64,000 nucleotides of DNA from assembly GCA_944342015.1 (NCBI GenBank), contig CALVMC010000003.1, positions 88,708 to 152,707 of the forward strand, read 5' to 3'. The notes beneath the pieces were generated by a model. That model worked only from the letters and a program-made list of their open reading frames with translations, was not told the DNA's origin and did no database searches. The translations under genes and the position numbers were made by a program. Shown here one piece after another: positions 51,609 through 60,412 of this stretch. Each line of letters starts with the position of its first letter. Within the stretch, counting starts at the first letter, position 1. Origin of the DNA: an uncultured Clostridia bacterium (lineage in GTDB: Bacteria; Bacillota; Clostridia; Christensenellales; CALVMC01).

Positions 51609-52031
51609 TTGAACGATAAAAATTTTCCTTATATAAATCCGATAAGCGAAGAACAAGCGGAAGGTTTTAATCCCTTGGTTCTTGCATTTATCGGCGACAG
51701 CGTTCAAACCCTTTATGTAAGAAGCAAACTTGCTCTTTCCTCTACCAAAAAAGCCGGCGCTTTGCATGTTATGACTTCCAAAGAAATAAACGCAGGCGCA
51801 CAGGCGGAAAAATTAAAAAAAATATACCCCTTGCTTAGCGAAAAAGAAATCGCTATTTTCAAGCGCACCCGTAACAGCAAGGTAACCACTCCCGCAAAAC
51901 ACGCAAGCATAGCGGACTATAAAACCGCAAGCGGATACGAAGCCGTGCTCGGATATCTGTTTATTACAGGTCAGGAAGAAAGACTTTCATATCTTCTCGA
52001 AAAAACTACGGACTGCAAAACCGAACACTGA
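51609..52031 (+). CDS. mrnC: Mini-ribonuclease III
   Basis: LAFIGDSV, AGAQA, KRTRN, YKTASGYEAVLGYL. Confidence 0.9.
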   Translation: MNDKNFPYINPISEEQAEGFNPLVLAFIGDSVQTLYVRSKLALSSTKKAGALHVMTSKEINAGAQAEKLKKIYPLLSEKEIAIFKRTRNSKVTTPAKHASIADYKTASGYEAVLGYLFITGQEERLSYLLEKTTDCKTEH

Positions 52032-52193
52032 AACAGAATAAATCCGTATATTTTGAAATATTAAGTTTTTTTATAACTTAAAACTATAAAGCACGATTGA
52101 ATAAAAAAGAAAAAATTCAACGATTTATTCTATGGCAAAACAGCCATACAAAACTGCGAGCCGTTAACAAATTAAATCGTAAAGGAAGGAAAA

Positions 52194-52916
52194 ATGGGAC
52201 AGGTCAAACCGAAAGTAGAACTTTTAAGATACACAAGCGAGCCAGAAAAGGCTATTGCGCTTGCCGCAAAACTTTGTTACTCGGACGCCGATATCGAAAA
52301 ACTCAAACAAGGCGTCGACAGTTCGGATACTGAAAAATTTATATCGAATCTTCTTACATTCGGACATCTTTCCCCTATCGAACACGCAAGTTTCACTTTC
52401 GGAATAGAAGGGGTATCGAGAAGTTTTCTCGCTCAGATTACAAGACACAGAATAGCGAGTTTTTCCGTTAAGTCCCAAAGATATGTAAAAGAAGGCGACG
52501 AATTCAATTATGTCATCCCGCCCGAAATAGAAAATCTCGGAAAGGAAAAGAAAGAACTTTTTATCTCACAAATGGACACTATGGCAAAATGGTATTCAGA
52601 GTGGATTAAGGAACTCGGAAACAAAGGGGAAAAAAGCAACGAAGACGCAAGATTCGTTCTTCCCAACGCCGCCGAAACGAAAATGATTATAACCATGAAC
52701 GCAAGAGAGCTTATGCACTTTTTCAATCTGCGTTGCTGTTTCAGAGCACAGTGGGAAATAAGAGAAGTTGCCTGGCAAATGCTTAAACATTGCATAAAAG
52801 TCGCTCCGGTTCTTTTTAAGAATGCAGGTCCCGGCTGTCTTTCAGGTCCTTGTCCCGAAGGCAAAATGTGCTGCAAAAAACAAGAGGAAGTTAAAAAGTT
52901 AAGGGAGAAATTATGA
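52194..52916 (+). CDS. thyX: FAD-dependent thymidylate synthase
   Basis: GHLSPIEH, RHRIASFSVKSQRY, EDARFVLP, NAREL, AQWEIR. Confidence 0.95.
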   Translation: MGQVKPKVELLRYTSEPEKAIALAAKLCYSDADIEKLKQGVDSSDTEKFISNLLTFGHLSPIEHASFTFGIEGVSRSFLAQITRHRIASFSVKSQRYVKEGDEFNYVIPPEIENLGKEKKELFISQMDTMAKWYSEWIKELGNKGEKSNEDARFVLPNAAETKMIITMNARELMHFFNLRCCFRAQWEIREVAWQMLKHCIKVAPVLFKNAGPGCLSGPCPEGKMCCKKQEEVKKLREKL

Positions 52917-53623
52917 TAGTAGCGGGAAAAAACGCAGTAAAAGAATGTATCAAAAGCAAAAGGGCTTTAAAGGTACATATAATAAAAAACTCGTCCGATA
53001 AAGATTATAAGGAAATAGCAGAGCTTTGCAAAAACTCGGATATCAAGGTTTTTTACGAGGACAGAGAGGAACTCGACAGACTTTCGCAAGGAATGAGACA
53101 TCAAGGGGTAGTTGCAAAAACGCCCGATTTTCAATACTGTGACGAAAAAGAAATAATCGACGATTGTAAAAACAAAGGCTTTATGCTTTTAATCGACGAA
53201 GTAAGCGACCCGCATAATTTCGGAAACATAATAAGAACCGCAGAGTGTGCGGGCTGTTGCGGAATAATCATACCGAAGCACAGAACCTGCGAAGTTACGG
53301 AAACGGTTATTAAGGTTTCCGTCGGCGCCTGCTTTCATGTAAAGATAGCAAAAACGGGAAACATTAACGATTTTATAAGAAAGATAAAAGACGAGTTTAT
53401 AGAAGTTTACGCTCTCGATATGGACGGCGAAAATATTTATGAAACACACCTTGCGACAAGTTGCGCATTTATAATAGGTTCGGAAGGGTTTGGGGTAAAA
53501 AAACTTACCGCATCGCTTGCCGACAAAAAACTTTCCATTCCGCAAAAGGGCTCGATTAACAGTCTGAACGCAGCAAACGCAGCAGCCGTCGCCATGTACG
53601 AGTATGTAAGACAGCACGAATAA
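52913..53623 (+). CDS. rlmB: 23S rRNA Gm2251 methyltransferase (SpoU/TrmH family)
   Basis: HQGVVA, DPHNFGNIIRTA, IGSEGFG, SLNAANA. Confidence 0.9.
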   Translation: MIVAGKNAVKECIKSKRALKVHIIKNSSDKDYKEIAELCKNSDIKVFYEDREELDRLSQGMRHQGVVAKTPDFQYCDEKEIIDDCKNKGFMLLIDEVSDPHNFGNIIRTAECAGCCGIIIPKHRTCEVTETVIKVSVGACFHVKIAKTGNINDFIRKIKDEFIEVYALDMDGENIYETHLATSCAFIIGSEGFGVKKLTASLADKKLSIPQKGSINSLNAANAAAVAMYEYVRQHE

Positions 53624-53765
53624 AATCAAAAGTTTATCGTTTAGTAAACAGTTATATACTGAAAATTTAAACCGATTAGATTTTAAAATTATTGAAATTT
53701 TATAACTCAAATTTTAAATTCAATCGCTTAAATTACAGAATTTTGCTTGCGCAAGTTATTGAAAT

Positions 53766-54353
53766 ATGGAAAAATTCGAAAAGAAAGATAATCTTAATAC
53801 CCTTACGGACGAAGAACTTTGCAGTCTTTACCAAAAAGGAATAATAGAAGCCTTTCAGATAATATCGGAAAGGTACAGACCTCTTTTGAAAAAGGTAATA
53901 AGACCATACTTTCTTGTCGGCGCAACGGACGAAGACCTTTTTCAGGAAGCCTTTATTACCCTTTATAAAACGGCTGTGAATTTCAAGACGGAAAAAAACA
54001 AGTCTTTTAAATCCTACGCAATGACTTCTGTAAGAAATAAAATCGTGGATACGATAAGAGAGTACAATAACTGCAAAAGTATCCCCCTTAAATACTACAC
54101 TTCGATAGAAAACGCAGAAGAAATACTCTCCTGCGCTCCCGAAGACCTTGTTATAGAAGAAGAGACGAGAAACGGACTTATCGAAAAGATAAACAACATT
54201 TCTTCCCCGAAAGAAAAAAAAATAGTAGACCTGTTTTTAAAAGGTCTCACCTATTCGGAAATTGCCGAAAAGCTGGGATTTAATATCAAAACCGTTTATA
54301 ACTCAATTGCAAGAATAAAATTCAAACTTTCGGAAAACCATAAAAGAGCATGA
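53766..54353 (+). CDS. sigH: RNA polymerase sigma-H-like factor
   Basis: YFLVGATDEDLFQEA, SFKSYA, C-terminal HTH YSEIAEKL...VYNSIARIKFKL; canonical position after rlmB. Confidence 0.8.
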   Translation: MEKFEKKDNLNTLTDEELCSLYQKGIIEAFQIISERYRPLLKKVIRPYFLVGATDEDLFQEAFITLYKTAVNFKTEKNKSFKSYAMTSVRNKIVDTIREYNNCKSIPLKYYTSIENAEEILSCAPEDLVIEEETRNGLIEKINNISSPKEKKIVDLFLKGLTYSEIAEKLGFNIKTVYNSIARIKFKLSENHKRA

Positions 54354-54464
54354 TTGGATTTTAACGATATCTTTTATGTTCCTTAAACATTGATAAAATC
54401 TTTGAATACCGTTTTAAATTTTAAATAAAATTTTTATAAATTATTAAAAACAAAAATATTTATC

Positions 54465-55163
54465 TCAATCGAAGCTGTCTTTTAAAATGCTTACCGCTCC
54501 GCTTGCTATGTATCTTGCGAGTGTTTTTTGATAATCTATGCTTATTAAATTTCTTTCGTCATCGGCGTTTGAGAGAAATCCGCACTCTATTATAATGGAA
54601 ACATAATTTGTGCACTTGGTTATATAATAGTCGCCTTTTTGCGGGGAAAGATTTCTTCCTATTTCATCGTTGTTTAAATGGGTGTTAAGTATTTCCTGCA
54701 TAACGGTTGCCGCCTTTTCGCCTTTTAAGGTGTCATCGTAGAAAACCTGTATTCCCCTTCGTTCGGAACTTATCCATTTGTTTGCATGGATACTTATGAC
54801 AAGGTCGGGCTTGCTTTTTAAAATTATATCACGCCTTGCTTCCATATCCCTTTTTTTGAATCCGCCAACGGCTTCTCCGTAGAGTCCGTCTTTGTTTTCT
54901 CTTGTCATAACGACTTTGATATTGTTTTTTTCGAGTTCCCTTTTAAGGATTTTCGATACCGAAAGATTTATATCGCTTTCCTTTATACCCGTTCTTCCGA
55001 CAACTCCGCCGTCAACTCCGCCGTGTCCTGCGTCTATTACAACCGTTCCTATTTTTTCTTCGGCGGCGGCTGTTATAGTTCCGTAAATTCCGAGCGGCAA
55101 ACTTATTAAAAACGCCAATATTAAAATCACGGCAATTATCTGTTTTTTGGTGATTATATACAC
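54465..55163 (-). CDS. cwlD: N-acetylmuramoyl-L-alanine amidase, CwlD-like
   Basis: N-terminal TM, IDAGHGGVD, E.DINL, ISIHAN, IECGFLSN; GTG start; sigma-E-like promoter upstream. Confidence 0.8.
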   Translation of the reverse strand: MYIITKKQIIAVILILAFLISLPLGIYGTITAAAEEKIGTVVIDAGHGGVDGGVVGRTGIKESDINLSVSKILKRELEKNNIKVVMTRENKDGLYGEAVGGFKKRDMEARRDIILKSKPDLVISIHANKWISSERRGIQVFYDDTLKGEKAATVMQEILNTHLNNDEIGRNLSPQKGDYYITKCTNYVSIIIECGFLSNADDERNLISIDYQKTLARYIASGAVSILKDSFD

Positions 55164-55274
55164 TTTTACCCCTCCGAAAGCCTTTAATGTATCCGCATAA
55201 ATAATTAATTAAAATTCCTGTTTTGCTTGTCGAAATATGGAAAATATTCGTTTTTTATGCAAAAAATGCATAAA

Positions 55275-55356
55275 TAGTCCACTTATCCACCGATTTGTTC
55301 ACATTTTGTGGACAGTTTATTGAACATTGTGGACAAGTTCGGCTTTTTGTTGATAA
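55275..55356. promoter_or_regulatory. Cluster of DnaA-box-like 9-mers
   Basis: TAGTCCACT, TTATCCACC, TTGTTCACA on plus; CTGTCCACA, TTGTCCACA, TTATCAACA on minus (consensus TTATCCACA). Confidence 0.65.
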
Positions 55357-55549
55357 GTTTTGCATAAAAATTTTATCTTGTTTAAATTTTATTCTAAGAA
55401 GTTTTTTTTATGATAAAAACGGGAAATTTAAAATACCGGATTTTAAAAAAATTTATTCGTTTTTTATTTAATTTTTTCATTTTCTGCTGTTTAAATTTTC
55501 CTTTTCCGACTCGATTTTTTATTTTAAATCCGATTGACTTTTAAAAATA

Positions 55550-55578
55550 TTGACAAGCAAGGTTTTTAAATATATAAT
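55550..55578 (+). promoter_or_regulatory. Consensus sigma-A promoter upstream of tRNA-Arg
   Basis: TTGACA-N17-TATAAT. Confidence 0.85.
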
Positions 55579-55778
55579 ATGCTTTGTTAAATCGTAAATC
55601 TTTACGGTTTATTTTCTCCTTTTTACCGAACGGAATATTCCGTCAGATTGAAAGGCTGCCGTGTCGAAGGGAAATCGGTTTTAAATAAAACATATCAGAA
55701 CACGGAAAATTTATTATGCGCCGTCAACTCAATTATTCATCGGTGTGCGCAGCCGAAGATAAATCACAAATCGGATAT

Positions 55779-55855
55779 GCGCCCTTAGCTCAATTGGATA
55801 GAGCGTTGGTCTACGGAACCAAAGGTTGGGGGTTCGACTCCCTTAGGGCGCGCCA
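55779..55855 (+). tRNA. tRNA-Arg(ACG)
   Basis: Acceptor stem GCGCCCT/AGGGCGC, anticodon arm TTGGT-CTACGGA-ACCAA, GGTTCGACTCC, encoded CCA; 77 nt. Confidence 0.97.
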
Positions 55856-55864
55856 AGCAGGAAT

Positions 55865-55899
55865 AAAACGAACCCTGAAAATTCAAGGTTCGTTTTTTT
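55865..55899 (+). terminator. Intrinsic terminator after tRNA-Arg
   Basis: AAAACGAACCCTGAA-AA-TTCAAGGTTCGTTTT plus T-tract. Confidence 0.75.
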
Positions 55900-55967
55900 C
55901 TTTGCAAAAGATTGCTTTGGAATAATTTTTATGATATAGAAATGTTACAATAACTCAAATAATTATT

Positions 55968-58196
55968 TTATTTATCAAACTCAATATTTTCCTCTGCTCT
56001 GGCATAAACATCAATACGTGCATCAATATTTATTCGATTCACAATTAGTCCTCGGAAATGACACATATTAATAAAATCATCTATACGATTCACTCCATTC
56101 ATTTCTTTTAATGTAATAACTACTCCAAATTGCATATCATGGTCGCGATTATATTTAAGCCTTTCCTTGATTTTTACACTCAATCCCCACAGACCAGCCC
56201 CGTATTTTTCTCTGGGTCTAGCGTTAGATTTTATAGTTTCACTAATATGTTTGATATTATCCCATTTTCGATACAATAAACGAGCGGGCCCCTCATATAA
56301 ATATTTTCCTTCCACATCTTGAATATTATTATTTATTGGGTCAATTTTTACACCTTTCTTACCTTCACGTACTCTACCAAAATTAATATCCATTTCAGTA
56401 TCCGTATAATCAACACCTTGTTTTCTTGAACAATTTGGGAAATAACACAATGTTGCCCTAGCAAAAAAAGGATGCTTATCATTGTATGTAGGCACAGGAA
56501 TATTGTAATTATATGTTTCATATTTATCAATAGTTCCTGTCATAAAGAATTTAATCTCATCATCTTTTGATTTCAATATATCTGAAATTTTTATAGGAAC
56601 AACTCCATATCCAACAGAATGGGTTAAATTATCTTTTCTATTCCAATCTGCAGCAGAGTCTATAATAAGAGCTTTTGCAACCTCCCTTGTCATCCCCATA
56701 TAATGGATTAAATATGCCAGTTTTCTTGCAATCCATGGTGCTGCAAAAGATGTTCCCTGAACTATCCCTTGTCCAACTGGAGTGCAAACTGTAATTCCAT
56801 TGTCTCTATCACCTCCATAATAACTTACATCTGGCTTATGAAAAAATGATAAAACCGGGCCAACTCTGGTATAAGAAGCGGGGGCACCACTTTCTTTTAC
56901 AGAATTTACAACCAAAGAATTTATAGAATCAGCCGGAGCTCCTATTCGCATATTTTCTTTTGCTCCAATTGGCTTATTGGTGCCAGCTACTACAAAAATA
57001 ACATCGTACTCGCTTTGAATTTTATCTAATTCTGCAGCTTCTGGAGATATAAAATTCTTATGAATTTCCATTACCGATCCAAGTGATAGATTCCATACCT
57101 TTATATCTCTATTTGCGGCAACTGCTGTGCGAATATTTTTTAGCACACTAAAAGAGCTAAATCTTCCATGAATAGCAACGCCAAAGTGCTTTACTCTAAA
57201 TCTTCCACACTCATCATTCAAACCAGGATTAAATGAAGGTCCATCTACTATTATTGATGATACCTCTGTTCCATGATAATAATCTTTTAGCTCAATAGGA
57301 ATATTTGGATCTAGCATATTTTCATACTCTACCCAATCCTTAAAATAAACATCTTTATAAAATAAAGTATCTATTACTCCAATTATTGGTTCATTAGTTG
57401 GTGCAGGTATTTTTATAGTATTACTACTTATATTTGATACTTCATCTTTTGTTAAACAAGCAATATCACTTACTTGCATAGATACCAAATATGGAGCTTT
57501 TTCTTTTAAAATTTTATATTGATTTGGGTTTAATAAAACCGTCGTATCATCAATTAAACCTGTCTCATATATTCTTATGCCTATTGATTCCAGTAATTCT
57601 ATAGTTTTGCGTTTTGTTTTATATAAAGATACAATTGCAGGTTCATTTATATCATCTATGTTATCATCTATAGAAAATTTACTTACATAATAACAGTCTA
57701 TTATTATTCTAATAAAACTTGTAAGAGAAATGTCTCTCTTATCAAAATTTTTTAATTTATATAGATTTTCAATGTTTTCTTTTGTTATCTCTCCTCCGTA
57801 TTTTGCTTGAACTATATCTCCGCATATAGATAATCTCCTTATAGCTTCTTTAAGTAAATCTAATGACATATAATACGCAAAAACATGTCTTATATCTTTT
57901 CCGTTACCTGTGAATCTAGCGCCACATATTAAATCATTTGCTTTTATGTAAGAAGTCCCAAAAAGACTTTTAATTCGATTACTCTTAGCAACAACTTTAT
58001 TATAATATGCTGAGAACAAGGCTCCATCAATCAACGTGTTACTAATCCAATATTTTAGAATATCTTCTAGTTGTGATCTTAACTCAAAAATATGATTAGA
58101 CATTACTCTCGCATCATTTGGCAAATTTTCAACTACATATCCCCTATTGTTCTTTTTATGTTCAAACTGACATTTCAATTGAAGTAGACTATTCAT
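55968..58196 (-). CDS. S8 subtilase-family serine protease, IetS-like
   Basis: Catalytic triad GVIDT, HGTEV, GTSFAAP; NLSLG, VAGTN; no signal peptide; coupled to the AAA ATPase. Confidence 0.88.
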   Translation of the reverse strand: MNSLLQLKCQFEHKKNNRGYVVENLPNDARVMSNHIFELRSQLEDILKYWISNTLIDGALFSAYYNKVVAKSNRIKSLFGTSYIKANDLICGARFTGNGKDIRHVFAYYMSLDLLKEAIRRLSICGDIVQAKYGGEITKENIENLYKLKNFDKRDISLTSFIRIIIDCYYVSKFSIDDNIDDINEPAIVSLYKTKRKTIELLESIGIRIYETGLIDDTTVLLNPNQYKILKEKAPYLVSMQVSDIACLTKDEVSNISSNTIKIPAPTNEPIIGVIDTLFYKDVYFKDWVEYENMLDPNIPIELKDYYHGTEVSSIIVDGPSFNPGLNDECGRFRVKHFGVAIHGRFSSFSVLKNIRTAVAANRDIKVWNLSLGSVMEIHKNFISPEAAELDKIQSEYDVIFVVAGTNKPIGAKENMRIGAPADSINSLVVNSVKESGAPASYTRVGPVLSFFHKPDVSYYGGDRDNGITVCTPVGQGIVQGTSFAAPWIARKLAYLIHYMGMTREVAKALIIDSAADWNRKDNLTHSVGYGVVPIKISDILKSKDDEIKFFMTGTIDKYETYNYNIPVPTYNDKHPFFARATLCYFPNCSRKQGVDYTDTEMDINFGRVREGKKGVKIDPINNNIQDVEGKYLYEGPARLLYRKWDNIKHISETIKSNARPREKYGAGLWGLSVKIKERLKYNRDHDMQFGVVITLKEMNGVNRIDDFINMCHFRGLIVNRINIDARIDVYARAEENIEFDK

Positions 58197-59235
58197 CTGC
58201 CTCCTCCTTTAACTCCCTTGATACTTGGCTTTTAGAAATTCCCGTAAGCAACTCTATTTCCCTGACAGTAAATCCTTGACTTTGCAATACCCTAAGATCA
58301 TCTGTGGCATCACTACAGATTGACTTATACAATCTTTTTAAATAATCAAATTGTTCTCCTGGCTTACTAAAAGCAATTGCTGACTTTATTGCATTCTTCA
58401 AATCACCAGGATATAACATAGGATTCATCCTTTTTATGATTTTTCTAAACAAATTAATGTTTTTGCCTGCAAATTTAAACCTAGTCAAAAATGTGTTTAA
58501 TAATATTTCCGCTATTTCACACAAATCATCTTTTGTATAACGATCAAAATCAACAACTTTATCAAAACGTCTTACCATGGCTTTATCGAAATATTTAAAC
58601 AAATTAGTTGTAGCCACTAAAACAACTCTTTCATTTAAACTATCAAATCCTTTAAGAATGGCTGAGGTCGCTCTTCCCATCTCTCTTAAATCATTATTAT
58701 TAGTTCTATCTAAGGCTATTGCATCAATTTCATCAAATAAAACAATGATTTTATCTGGATTAGAGAAGTTATTTAATTCTTTAAATAAAGAAACTATGTT
58801 TTTCTGTGTTTGACCAAGTTTACTGTCAATAACTGATGAAAATTCTACAGAAAACAGCTCTCTTTCTAATATTCTTGCAATTTGTTTTACCGATTCGGTT
58901 TTTCCTGTACCTGGAGAACCCTGGAATAGAAATTTGTTAACCCCAACATTATGACCTATTGCATTTATGATACCTATTATATCGTCTTGTATACTTTGTG
59001 GTAGCGGCAAAGGCTCATTACTGTAACTGACTTTATTAAAAAATGTTAATTCATTATCATGAATTTGTGGCACAAATGTATTTGAACTAGATAATAATGC
59101 CATAATGTATTCCGACAACTGAGCATCTCCTAATTCATCAAACTCATTTGCTATTTTATATGCTTCGCTTCTAAAACCAGCATCATTTCCTTCTGTATGA
59201 TATTTAATTAGATTAATAACATTAATTTTTTTCAT
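58189..59235 (-). CDS. AAA+ ATPase with C-terminal HTH, IetA-like
   Basis: GSPGTGKT, LFDEIDAIA, ATTN, RRFD, C-terminal TVREIELLTGISKSQVSREL. Confidence 0.9.
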   Translation of the reverse strand: MKKINVINLIKYHTEGNDAGFRSEAYKIANEFDELGDAQLSEYIMALLSSSNTFVPQIHDNELTFFNKVSYSNEPLPLPQSIQDDIIGIINAIGHNVGVNKFLFQGSPGTGKTESVKQIARILERELFSVEFSSVIDSKLGQTQKNIVSLFKELNNFSNPDKIIVLFDEIDAIALDRTNNNDLREMGRATSAILKGFDSLNERVVLVATTNLFKYFDKAMVRRFDKVVDFDRYTKDDLCEIAEILLNTFLTRFKFAGKNINLFRKIIKRMNPMLYPGDLKNAIKSAIAFSKPGEQFDYLKRLYKSICSDATDDLRVLQSQGFTVREIELLTGISKSQVSRELKEEADE

Positions 59236-59317
59236 TCACTTTTATCTCCCATACTTTATATTATACAGCAGTTGGGACAAAAGTCAATATTTTTGGGACA
59301 AATTTATTACTAAATAA

Positions 59318-59599
59318 TTACAAACTTTTCAAAAACTCTATTAAAAAATGTCTTTGTTTGGGAGACAAGGAGAAAATTGCGGAAGAGATATCTTCTTCGT
59401 TATCGGCTTCGTTAAAAAAATCTTTAAGTTTTATGCCAAGAGCATCACAAACAAGTTGCAAATGTCCTACAGTAATGTCGGCTTGTCCAAGTTCTACTCT
59501 TCTGAGATGAGTCTGCGATATTCCCGCCCATTCAGCCAACTTATTCTGCGAAAAACCTGCGGCTTCCCTTAGTTCTTTTATTCTTGCTCCTATATTCAT
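59318..59599 (-). CDS. XRE-family HTH regulator (controller-like)
   Basis: IGARIKELR...SQNKLAEWAGISQTHLRRVELG; divergent from the methyltransferase operon. Confidence 0.9.
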   Translation of the reverse strand: MNIGARIKELREAAGFSQNKLAEWAGISQTHLRRVELGQADITVGHLQLVCDALGIKLKDFFNEADNEEDISSAIFSLSPKQRHFLIEFLKSL

Positions 59600-59655
59600 A
59601 ATAATATCGCTCCACTATTCTTATAAGTATAATTTTAGACTATTTATAAAAAAAT

Positions 59656-59728
59656 ATTAGTCTTATAGTGTTGTTTAATTAGTCTTATAGTGTTATAATA
59701 ATACTATTATTTATATTTATAAGACTAA
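59656..59728. promoter_or_regulatory. Operator repeats overlapping the restriction-modification promoter
   Basis: ATTAGTCTTATAGTGTT at 59656-59672 and 59678-59694; inverted TATAAGACTAA at 59718-59728; promoter TTGTTT-N17-TATAAT. Confidence 0.75.
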
Positions 59729-59740
59729 CAGGAAATTTAC

Positions 59741-60412
59741 ATGCAATCAGAGAAAACGCAAATAAAATCTAAAAACCGAGTGCAAGAATATGGCGAAGTA
59801 TTCACAAATGAACGAGAAGTAAAAGCTATGTGCGACCTTGTAAAAGAAGAGACCGAACGAATCGACAGTAGATTTTTAGAGCCGGCTTGCGGTGACGGTA
59901 ATTTTCTTGTCGAAATATTAAATAGAAAGCTAGATGTCGTAAAGAAGAAATACAAAAAAAGTCCTCTCGATTATGAGAAAAACGCTGTTCTTGCAATATC
60001 TAGTATTTACGGCGTAGATATTCTTATCGACAATGTATTAGCTTGCCGAGAAAGATTATTTAGAATGTGGGACAAAGCCTATAAAAACGTATGCAAAAAC
60101 GATTGCAACGACCAAACAAGAGATGCTGTCAAATTCATATTAGAGAAAAATATTGTTTGCGGAAATGCTTTGACTCTTTGCTGTGTAGACGGAAACGGCA
60201 AAGATACGGACAAGCCTATCGTATTTTCTGAATGGGCATTTATTACGGGCAGTATGCTGCAAAGAAGTGATTATACTTTTGCTGAGCTTTTGGCAAAAGA
60301 CGAATCGGATACAAAAACTCAAACTTCATTTTTAGATAATGATACCGATAGTGAAGGAGTTTTCTTAAAAAAATATGTATCGCATTATAGGAGAGTGCAA
60401 GAAAATGGCTGA
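59741..60412 (+). CDS. Short SAM-binding DNA methyltransferase-like subunit
   Basis: GEVFT (motif X), FLEPACGDGNF (motif I), IYGVDI, GNAL; no NPPY. Confidence 0.8.
   Translation: MQSEKTQIKSKNRVQEYGEVFTNEREVKAMCDLVKEETERIDSRFLEPACGDGNFLVEILNRKLDVVKKKYKKSPLDYEKNAVLAISSIYGVDILIDNVLACRERLFRMWDKAYKNVCKNDCNDQTRDAVKFILEKNIVCGNALTLCCVDGNGKDTDKPIVFSEWAFITGSMLQRSDYTFAELLAKDESDTKTQTSFLDNDTDSEGVFLKKYVSHYRRVQENG

Noticed and set aside
51609-54353. thyX inside the mrnC-rlmB-sigH cluster
   Set aside because: To my knowledge a common clostridial gene order; not novel
55716-55925. 69-aa ORF in the track
   Set aside because: Overlaps tRNA-Arg; spurious
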